From: an uncultured Fidelibacterota bacterium
GTDB taxonomy: Bacteria; Fidelibacterota; Marinisomatia; Marinisomatales; UBA1611
Reading direction: 5' to 3'
DNA: 56,178 nt
NCBI GenBank assembly: GCA_902611135.1
Contig: CACLYL010000003.1
Coordinates: 1 to 56,178 of the forward strand
Shown: positions 48,305-56,178 of the stretch, in pieces
Layout of the letters: each line of letters begins with the position of its first letter
Numbering within the stretch: position 1 is the stretch's first letter
Program-made: the position numbers and the translations under genes
Notes under the pieces: model-generated
Seen by the model: the letters and a program-made list of their open reading frames with translations, nothing else
What the model was told of the DNA's origin: nothing
The model's database searches: none

Positions 48305-51300
48305 ATGCTCAAAAGAATTTTTCTTTTTTTATTTTGTTTTACTTTTGCTAATACAGGTTGGCACAAGGATAAAATTATGATCTATATTGACAATTCAACG
48401 GATAATTTAATTATCAATAAAAGTCAAACTGAAACCAACCAGGAAGACCTAAACAGATTACTAGTAAACGAAAGTGTAGAAAGCATATCTCCCTGGCTTT
48501 CCAAGGCAAGACCCTCAGACAGAGATGGTGATATATTTTTAAACAGATTTTACGTTGTTTCATTTTTTGATAGTTCAAAATCCATTAATGAAAGAGTTAA
48601 ACTTTTCAGTCAAAAACCATACGTAAGCTCAGTTGAACCAGTAGCAATTATTAAAAACCATCTTAGGCCTAATGATATGTTTTATGAACTACAATATGCA
48701 ATTCCTCAAATCAATGCGACAAATGCCTACAACCTTTGGGATATTGAAGATGGAGAAATTCCTGGTCATATGCAAAATGATAATATTATTGTTGCTGTTA
48801 ATGATTATCCTGTTATGTGGTATCACCCAGACTTAATAGATAATATTTGGCAGAATTTAGCAGAGGATGCAGATGGGGATGGAACTGTCTTTGAGTATAC
48901 AGGCACGGAATGGATCCTTGACCCTGGAGACATAAACAACTTAGATGATGATAATGACGGCTTTATCGATAATTTGATCGGATGGAACGCCCACTCAAAC
49001 GAAGGAGATATTGGTGTTAATTTAAGTTTGTCCCATGGAACGAATGTAGCTGGCTGTGTTTCATCCATGACAAACAATGAAACGGGCATAGCTTCAGTTG
49101 GCTGGTCGATTAAAATCATGGGAATAACCAATTGTGATCCCGGAGGAAGTATTACCTCCGGATATGAAGGAATATTAACCGCTGCACAGATGGGCGCTGA
49201 TATAATTAATAATAGTTGGGGAAGTAGCGGGGGGCCAGATTATGCCCAAGCTTTAATTAACACCGTACTAAATGAATACACGAGCCTTATTGTTGCATCG
49301 TCAGGAAACGCCGGAACCAATATTGCAAATTATCCTGCTGCCTTTGAAGGTGTCATGTCAGTAACATCAACAAGTGAAGGGAGCGTCTTTAGTTGTTGGG
49401 CCACCCGACATGAGACAGTTGATATTGCAGCTCCAGGTGACAATGTATTTACCACAACAACCTCGCCAAATGAAGCCGGATTTTATTATAATTATGCAAC
49501 AGGAACCTCTTTTTCAGCGCCTATTGTTTCAGGAGCACTTGGTTTATTAAAATCTATTTACCCTGATGGTGATAATACTTTTTTAATCTCTAAAATAAAA
49601 GATAATGCTAATTACTATAATGATATGGATGGAAACTGCAACGGTGAAAGCTTAAATGGTTTAGTTGGCACAGGAGAACTAAATATTAGAGAAGCAATAA
49701 TAAACCCTACCCCAATGAGCTTAGCTGTTTCTAACATCAATGTTTTATCGACAACTGGAAATATTATACCTGGTGACACAACTGAAATTATATTGACCAT
49801 TTTAAATGCGTCTGGCTCAACGCCCCTGAAAGAACTTTTTATATCAATTTCAACTGAACATGAACGCGTATCAATAGTTAATGGCTATTTTAATTCGAAT
49901 CAAGTTCTACCGTCTGGAGGCTTTGTTGAAGCAAGTTTTTTGATAACCTCGACACACGACATGTCATATGGTGATATTAGTTTTGATTTAAATATTGATG
50001 CCCAGAGAAGTGGTAATTTTCCAAGCAATTATTCTGGACATGAAGATTCGTTATTTTTACAAGTAGAGATATTTCTACCATTTGGATCTTTACAACAATA
50101 TGGTTATCCTATAAGTAATGTTGAGATTAAGCACCCTCCTCTTGTTGTTGATTTGGATAATAATTCTATTCAGGAGATCTATTTTTCTTCTGATAGCACC
50201 CTATATGGAAAAATGATTGGAGGAATCGATGTTCCAGGGTTTCCATTTTATTCATCTAGTAAAATTACTACGCCTTGCGCCTCTGGGGATCTTGATAATG
50301 ACAGTTTTAGGGAACTTATTTTTGGAACAGAAGATGGTTATATCTTTTCATTAAAAAAGAATGGATCGCAATTGTTTAATTACGAGCAAGAAGATTTAAT
50401 AGTGGGACACCCCATCTTGTCAGATATTGATAATGATGGATATTTGGATATTGTCTTCATTTCTACAAATGATTCCTCATCGAAAGTACACTGTGTTGAT
50501 TATACTGGAAATGATATTGAAAACTTTCCTGTTTACATTCAAAATCCGATTCATAAAGTGCCTGCAATTGGCGATATAAACAATGATGGCTTAAATAGTA
50601 TTATTTTTTATGATAAGGAGAACACCATTTATATCGCTGATTATTTAGGACAAGCAAATAGCGTTGTTTTTGACCACGATCTTTCAAAATTAAACAATTC
50701 ACCAACGATAACAAATTTAAATGAAGATCCCTATCTTGAAATTATTTTATCTGATAGTTCAGGGAATATTTATGTTATTGATTACCAGGGAAGACTACTT
50801 AATCAAATATCACTTGAAAATACAATTCAAAATAATATTGTCGTTTCAGATTTAGACCAGGATGGGTCTGCTGAACTAGTCTTTTATGATAACAGTAACA
50901 AACTATACGTCTTCAATTATAATTCAGGTTCTTTCTTTGAAGGTTGGCCAATAAGCTTAAGTGGGTCTCTTGTATCAGAACCAATTGTTGTTAACCTAGA
51001 TAGTGATAATAATTTAGAAATTTTATTAAACACAGCTGAAGGGTTTATGTATGTAATGCATCACGATGGCTTGTTTTACCAGAACTTCCCTTTCATATCA
51101 CAGGACAGCCTATTTTCTGTGCCCTCAATAGCTGATATTGATAATGATAATGATGCTGAACTTATTTTTGGAACCAATACAAGTTTAAATGTCATAGATG
51201 TAGATTTTTTAGTCAGCAATCAACAGTCCTGGAATGTATACCGTGGAAATATAAGGCGGAATGGTTTTTTTAATTTTCAACCCTCTAATCTTAGTTTTGA

Positions 51301-51598
51301 AAATAAAAACATCCCCGCGTTTTATTATTTAAATCATAACTTTCCCAACCCTTTTAACCCTACAACAAGAATTACCTATAGTCTTCCGAAGGAAACTCTT
51401 GTTAGCGTAATTATCTATGATCTGTTAGGAAAAAAGGTGAATACGCTTATAGATAAAGAGCTACAAGAACCTGGTATCAAAACAATTCAATGGCATGGAA
51501 AAAACCAAGAGGGGTTATCTTTATCCTCTGGTATTTACTTTTACTCATTGGAGACGAAGGATTTTTTACAGACAAAGAGAATGGTCCTAATTAAATAG
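48305..51598 (+). CDS. S8 subtilase with FG-GAP repeats and YPNPFNP C-terminal domain
   Basis: VAVND, HGTNVAG, NNSWG, GTSFSAP triad; GDLDND/DIDNDG repeats; HNFPNPFNPTT...SGIYFYSL...KRMVLIK. Confidence 0.9.
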   Translation: MLKRIFLFLFCFTFANTGWHKDKIMIYIDNSTDNLIINKSQTETNQEDLNRLLVNESVESISPWLSKARPSDRDGDIFLNRFYVVSFFDSSKSINERVKLFSQKPYVSSVEPVAIIKNHLRPNDMFYELQYAIPQINATNAYNLWDIEDGEIPGHMQNDNIIVAVNDYPVMWYHPDLIDNIWQNLAEDADGDGTVFEYTGTEWILDPGDINNLDDDNDGFIDNLIGWNAHSNEGDIGVNLSLSHGTNVAGCVSSMTNNETGIASVGWSIKIMGITNCDPGGSITSGYEGILTAAQMGADIINNSWGSSGGPDYAQALINTVLNEYTSLIVASSGNAGTNIANYPAAFEGVMSVTSTSEGSVFSCWATRHETVDIAAPGDNVFTTTTSPNEAGFYYNYATGTSFSAPIVSGALGLLKSIYPDGDNTFLISKIKDNANYYNDMDGNCNGESLNGLVGTGELNIREAIINPTPMSLAVSNINVLSTTGNIIPGDTTEIILTILNASGSTPLKELFISISTEHERVSIVNGYFNSNQVLPSGGFVEASFLITSTHDMSYGDISFDLNIDAQRSGNFPSNYSGHEDSLFLQVEIFLPFGSLQQYGYPISNVEIKHPPLVVDLDNNSIQEIYFSSDSTLYGKMIGGIDVPGFPFYSSSKITTPCASGDLDNDSFRELIFGTEDGYIFSLKKNGSQLFNYEQEDLIVGHPILSDIDNDGYLDIVFISTNDSSSKVHCVDYTGNDIENFPVYIQNPIHKVPAIGDINNDGLNSIIFYDKENTIYIADYLGQANSVVFDHDLSKLNNSPTITNLNEDPYLEIILSDSSGNIYVIDYQGRLLNQISLENTIQNNIVVSDLDQDGSAELVFYDNSNKLYVFNYNSGSFFEGWPISLSGSLVSEPIVVNLDSDNNLEILLNTAEGFMYVMHHDGLFYQNFPFISQDSLFSVPSIADIDNDNDAELIFGTNTSLNVIDVDFLVSNQQSWNVYRGNIRRNGFFNFQPSNLSFENKNIPAFYYLNHNFPNPFNPTTRITYSLPKETLVSVIIYDLLGKKVNTLIDKELQEPGIKTIQWHGKNQEGLSLSSGIYFYSLETKDFLQTKRMVLIK

Positions 51599-51607
51599 CT
51601 GACTTAT

Positions 51608-54600
51608 TTAGTTATTATATTGAATTGAAAAGGAGAAATTTTGTCCTGGGTTATAAGTTCTTGTGTTATAATACTCTCCGCTATAAAAGTGAGCAAGCCG
51701 AACTTTGTTGTTTAGTATATTTGAGGCTTTGAATGATAGTTTAATACTTTTTATTTTTTTATTTGCCACAAAGTTCAAAGAATGATAGGGCCTTTCCCAA
51801 AAGTGCCCTGCCACCTCATTTGAAATTCTAATGAGACGTTTGCTAAATGAATTGTATGTAAGGTTTAAATCATACCCTTTTTGACTTTTAAAGTTAAGGC
51901 TCGCATTGAAAACGATATCTGACTGCCCTTGAAGTGGCCTTGTGCTCACTCTATTTCCATCATTGTCAACGCTGTTGGGGAAAGCAACTTGCTCAGTATT
52001 TTCCGACCTCACAACATAAACATATACTGAATCTGGCAATAAAACTTCTGATCGGCTTAGAGCTAAATTTGTGTTTAAAAATAAAAAACCAATATTTGAA
52101 GGTATTACATCTAAACTTTTTCTTATTTCAGTTTCTAAACCAGCAATGTTTGCATATTTACCATTTTGCCAAGATTTAGTTGAGGATAAACCGCTAGCAG
52201 CAATTAAGGATTCCTCTATAGGATTAGTAAATCTTTTGGTAAAAAACCCTAAGGAAACCAACTCTACCCCCTTTGGAAAGTATTCATAACGAATATCCGC
52301 GCTTTCAATCGTAGAATTTTTTAAAAAAGGATATCCTACTGTTTCATCTGCTCCCAAAAACTCTTGAAAAACATAAGGTGCGTATTCTCTAAACTGGGCT
52401 CGAGCAACAGTCCTTGAATAAGATGATCGTATCTTTACCTTATTTGACAAAGAGTAGTTTAAAGTTAAAGCTGGAAGAAAGTGCTCTGCGCTATTATTGA
52501 ATTTTATTACCGATGTATCACTAGCATTGTCTTCAAAATTTTCTCCTTCATCCCATATTCCATTCCTATTTAAATCATCTAATATTTCTCCATCGTCCCA
52601 CACTCCATTCGTAGTTAGTATATATGGTTTATATTTCAAAACAGGGTGATAAGGGTCCATTTTCATGCGATAGTTTTCCCATCTCCCGCCAACAATCAGT
52701 TGAAATTTGTTAATCCAATTATAATTATACATGATATAAGCCGCATCAATATTTTCAGATGCTATGTATCCATCAAAGCCACTCGTTTTTTCGTTAAAAA
52801 ACAACCCTTCATGAATCGTACTGTCCGAATTAATAGATGCCCAATATGGCTCACTTAAGACCTCATTGTAGTTTGTTAGTCCGCTTGTTGTTACTGAGTC
52901 GTTATTGGCCAGTGTAAAATCTGAATAATCAAGGTATAAATAACGTCTTTTGAAATCGCGCTCTTTACGATCAACTTTAATTCCATACTTCAGGTCACCA
53001 AAGACAGATTTAACTTTATGGTCAAAAGACAAACCCTCTATTTCCTCTTCTCCCCTACTTACATAAGAAACACCTGGGTTTGAACCATTTCTAAGATATA
53101 AAGTGTATGCTCCAGTTCTTGGATCATTCAGATCTCGAACATACTCCCATTCGGATTTATTTGCAAAAGGTTCATACATATCTGACTTTCCAAAGGTAAA
53201 CTTAAAATCAACCTCATTATTAAATGATAAAAGAGGAAATTTGTTTTCAATAGAAAGTGTTGTCAAGTTAATCGCTTTTTCATTGTACCGTTGTGAAATG
53301 AGCAATCCACTTTCATCTAAAACCCGAATCGAGTCTCCTGAATTCCAAACGCCATCTCCATTTAGGTCAACAAAGTATTCTTGAATATTGTACAGCCCAT
53401 CACCATTTTCATCTGTCCACTCTTCTCCGTTAAATCCTTTATAAATATTATCTGTTTCAATATTCTTATCAAAGTCTATTCCAGGGTAGAGCGTTTTGTA
53501 ATCATATGTTAGCTCTCCTGACAACCCCTCTGCTTTTGTAAAATTATCTTTAGATGTATGCGTATAGACGTTCCTGATCCCAAAACGAAGGTTTTTCCTA
53601 AAGGTTATGCCGTAACTAAAATTAAATCCCAGGTTCGTGGCGTATTGATAGATATCTCTATCAAGTCCAATAAACCCTGTTCTTAATAATTTGTCGTAAG
53701 TTCTAACAATTTCGCTACTTTCATCTTCCTCGTCTATATAACTACTTGTATCATTATAGGCGACATAACGATCCATTCTTTCTGTATTGTATGTATATTT
53801 TCCTGAAAAATTTCCATCCACTAAAAATCCCATCTCTAAATCTCTACCTGCCTGATATTTTGTTCCATAGGTCATGCTCAAATTTCTAGGCACGCCTGAA
53901 GTTTCAACGGAGTTTTTAAAAGTATTTTTTAACCGTGCATTTTTATTGTAAGATTGTTCTGCCCACAAATATTCTCGCATTGGGTCTGAAGAAATTATCT
54001 GTGTCCCAAATTGTGTATATGTAGTGTCCCTGAGTTCAGGCATAAATTCATCAGGAATGCTGTTATAACTTATCAACTCATTATCAAAGAACTCAGGAAT
54101 ATCTCTAGATTTATTGAAGTCATATCCAATGAAATCACTATTTCCTTTAATATTCTTTTGAAAATTTTGAAAAGCATTACTCCCTGGAGTCAGGTTACTG
54201 GATAACCCAGACCCAAACTTTATTTTATATATCGTTTTAGAAGGATAGAGTTTTGTTCGAATATTTACATTCCCTCCTCCAAAAGCTCCTGGTAGATCAG
54301 GCCTATAGCTCTTGGCAACATCTATACCTGAAATTAAAGCTGTGCTAAATAAATCAAGCGGAACTGAACGTTTATCGGCCTCTGGACTTGGCATTCCTAC
54401 ACTATTAAGTTGAGCAGAACTGTAACGATCACCTAAGCCTCGAACTACTAAATATTTGTCACTAACTATTGTAACACCTGTAACTCTTCTAACAGCGTCA
54501 GCAACATGGCTGTCTCCTGATTTAGAGATTTGATCCGCTGATATATTATCTTGCATTTCAATAGCTTCTTGTTTTTTTTGAAGAGCAGAAGCATCCCCGC

Positions 54601-54973
54601 TTTCCCTTTTTTCTGCTTGGACTTTGACCTCCATAACAGAAATAACATCCTGATCCATCATTATGTTTTTTTCAAATGACTTTAAAGAAGATATATCTAT
54701 ACCCTTTACTGTCTTTTTCTTGTAACCTATATAGGTAACAACCAGATCTATCATTCCAATATCTAGATTTTTAATTATATATCTACCATTTATGTCTGTT
54801 GCGGATCCAATAGATGTTCCAGAGATAATTACATTAGCTCCAATTAGAGGCTGGCCATTCTTTTCATCGGTAACAACCCCTGATAGGGACCCTTTTTCTT
54901 GATTGGAAAAGGTCAGACTAAGATTTATAAAATAAACTAATATGTAACAAAAGACTCTTTTATTTAAAATCAT
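51608..54973 (-). CDS. TonB-dependent receptor with N-terminal carboxypeptidase-regulatory-like domain
   Basis: GVVTD..GQPLIGANV...ATDINGRY; plug SGDS.VADAVRRVTGV...VRGLGDRY...VPLDLF; barrel strands RSSYSRTVAR, D.RYE.FP, PGQNFSFSIQY. Confidence 0.92.
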   Translation of the reverse strand: MILNKRVFCYILVYFINLSLTFSNQEKGSLSGVVTDEKNGQPLIGANVIISGTSIGSATDINGRYIIKNLDIGMIDLVVTYIGYKKKTVKGIDISSLKSFEKNIMMDQDVISVMEVKVQAEKRESGDASALQKKQEAIEMQDNISADQISKSGDSHVADAVRRVTGVTIVSDKYLVVRGLGDRYSSAQLNSVGMPSPEADKRSVPLDLFSTALISGIDVAKSYRPDLPGAFGGGNVNIRTKLYPSKTIYKIKFGSGLSSNLTPGSNAFQNFQKNIKGNSDFIGYDFNKSRDIPEFFDNELISYNSIPDEFMPELRDTTYTQFGTQIISSDPMREYLWAEQSYNKNARLKNTFKNSVETSGVPRNLSMTYGTKYQAGRDLEMGFLVDGNFSGKYTYNTERMDRYVAYNDTSSYIDEEDESSEIVRTYDKLLRTGFIGLDRDIYQYATNLGFNFSYGITFRKNLRFGIRNVYTHTSKDNFTKAEGLSGELTYDYKTLYPGIDFDKNIETDNIYKGFNGEEWTDENGDGLYNIQEYFVDLNGDGVWNSGDSIRVLDESGLLISQRYNEKAINLTTLSIENKFPLLSFNNEVDFKFTFGKSDMYEPFANKSEWEYVRDLNDPRTGAYTLYLRNGSNPGVSYVSRGEEEIEGLSFDHKVKSVFGDLKYGIKVDRKERDFKRRYLYLDYSDFTLANNDSVTTSGLTNYNEVLSEPYWASINSDSTIHEGLFFNEKTSGFDGYIASENIDAAYIMYNYNWINKFQLIVGGRWENYRMKMDPYHPVLKYKPYILTTNGVWDDGEILDDLNRNGIWDEGENFEDNASDTSVIKFNNSAEHFLPALTLNYSLSNKVKIRSSYSRTVARAQFREYAPYVFQEFLGADETVGYPFLKNSTIESADIRYEYFPKGVELVSLGFFTKRFTNPIEESLIAASGLSSTKSWQNGKYANIAGLETEIRKSLDVIPSNIGFLFLNTNLALSRSEVLLPDSVYVYVVRSENTEQVAFPNSVDNDGNRVSTRPLQGQSDIVFNASLNFKSQKGYDLNLTYNSFSKRLIRISNEVAGHFWERPYHSLNFVANKKIKSIKLSFKASNILNNKVRLAHFYSGEYYNTRTYNPGQNFSFSIQYNN

Positions 54974-54980
54974 TTTTTCA

Positions 54981-55033
54981 TATTAGATAGGCTTTATTAG
55001 TTTTTTGTTAGATTTAATTTTGATTCGTGTTAG
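54981..55033 (-). promoter_or_regulatory. Direct-repeat array CTAA(C/T)A with 11-bp period (OmpR/PhoB-type box candidate)
   Basis: Plus-strand T(A/G)TTAG at 54995, 55006 and 55028 (degenerate at 55017), and also at 54981. Confidence 0.45.
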
Positions 55034-55051
55034 ATATATAAAATTATTTAT

Positions 55052-55087
55052 AAAGATAAGGGAGGACAAAAAGCCCCCCTTATCTTT
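55052..55087 (-). terminator. Hairpin/terminator downstream of the last CDS
   Basis: AAAGATAAGGG...CCCTTATCTTT arms, extendable by G-U pairs on the minus-strand RNA. Confidence 0.6.
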
Positions 55088-55113
55088 TTTAATCAAGGAA
55101 TTTTCTTGTGAAT

Positions 55114-56178
55114 CTACTTTAAAAGCGTCATTTTCCCGATTACTGACTTTGTTTCTGTAGAAATGCGATACAGATAAAGTCCGCTTGGTACTAGTTTTCC
55201 GTCTGCGCTACTTCCATCTTAAGTTATTCGGTGGAAACCTGAAGCCATATCCTTCATAGATGCTTCGTACACAGATTGTCCAACCATATTAAAAACGATT
55301 AAGGCAACAGTTTTGTAATTTTTGCCTAACTCAAATGCTATTTCCGTACTAGGATTAAAAGGGTTTGGATAATTGCCATGTAGCGTAATCTTATCCGCCA
55401 CTATAGTAAATGAATTATTATCCGTACTTAATAGTAAACCTGCTTCAGAAAGATAAGACCATCCCTCTAACCAATTTTCATTACTTGAAAATGCGCCTTT
55501 AAAATCGGTTTGAACAAAAAAATCATCTTCAATCACTTCGTCTACGCCTTCATAAGCAGAACCACTAGCTGAAGGCGTCACATCTAAGGTAGCAGGCAAA
55601 CCGTTTGCATCTACTGTGTAAGCAAGTCCTGCTGATTCCGATACGTATGTTCCTGTCCAGTCCCCATCGGTTTCTTCATCAAAATCATCCCAAGGAACAT
55701 CAGCTAGTCCATTCATTACTACACTGCCTGATATATAAAGATAATCTGGATGACCATGAGCTTGAGCAGCAGTTAGATCTTGAGTTACAAGCTCTGATCC
55801 ATTGTCATCATTACGAACTCCATCGTTTGCACCATGGATAATATAATTACGGAAATCACCTCCGGTACCTTCCCTGAGACGCAAGGCATCTTCTCCATGT
55901 GCAACCGAACTGATTACGGTAACATTCGCAAAGTGTGGATGAGACCTTGGCTGACTATCTAGGTCACCATTGGTTTTGCTATCCATTTCATGGCCTTTAT
56001 CGCTATCATCTGCACGCACAACCAATAAAAACTGACCACGACCCTGGTAACCTGCATCCGTATCGAAAGCATCATCACCAACCGATACAGCAGAACAATA
56101 TTTTAAATCCACAGTTCCACCAAACATCTCAAAACCGTCATCTAAGTTCAAAGCTACTTCACAATATTCAACAACAGT
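55114..56178 (-). CDS. Beta-helix-type exported protein with YPNPFNP C-terminal domain; 5'-partial and interrupted by in-frame TAA at 55219-55221
   Basis: Open at the right edge (TVVEYCEVALNLDDGFEMFGGTVDLKY...GDDAFDTDAGY.G). After the TAA the same frame continues DGSSADGKLVPSGLYLYRISTETKSVIGKMTLLK* to TAG 55114. Confidence 0.8.

Noticed and set aside
55219-55221. Genome-wide TAA reassignment to Trp
   Set aside because: TAA terminates many genes in this window at expected C-termini (e.g. ppdK, sdhC), and Trp is encoded by TGG elsewhere.
3324-55841. Other 60-130 aa ORFs nested in or antisense to long genes
   Set aside because: All overlap well-supported CDSs and show no recognisable motifs.
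1-56178. CRISPR arrays, tRNA/rRNA, IS elements, integrases, reverse transcriptase/DGR
   Set aside because: No spaced nucleotide repeats, cloverleafs or such protein motifs were seen by eye. Repeats are at protein level only, and short degenerate elements could have been missed.

Overview
AT-rich, densely packed bacterial chromosome segment with about 45 CDS. I found no tRNA, rRNA, CRISPR array or mobile element. The gene style suggests a streamlined FCB-superphylum bacterium, most plausibly Marinimicrobia/SAR406 (inference): four exported proteins carry YPNPFNP/FlgD-Ig-type C-terminal domains, the sdhCA pair is of the Bacteroidota/Bacillus type, and the stator looks Na+-driven. Housekeeping genes include sdhCA, gshA, ppdK, pyk, phhA, apaG, arfB, mscS, mltB, a peptide ABC transporter, a GH20 hexosaminidase, peptidases and a TonB-dependent receptor. 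The stand-out is a compact six-gene minus-strand operon (20504->13367) with a canonical sigma70 promoter and a perfect 18-bp terminator. It encodes two uncharacterised exported proteins, a PomA/PomB-like stator, a FliF derivative reduced to its RBM3 ring on a ~190-residue coiled-coil stalk, and a FliG lacking the FliM-binding EHPQR motif. No rod, hook, filament, export, FliM/N or chemotaxis genes are in the window, so this is a candidate non-flagellar rotary machine. Other notable signals: an in-frame TAA replacing the conserved Trp of a C-terminal sorting domain, 11-bp-period Pho-box-like repeats before the TonB receptor, a probable ATA start codon, a candidate three-way-junction RNA, and several unusual repeat proteins.
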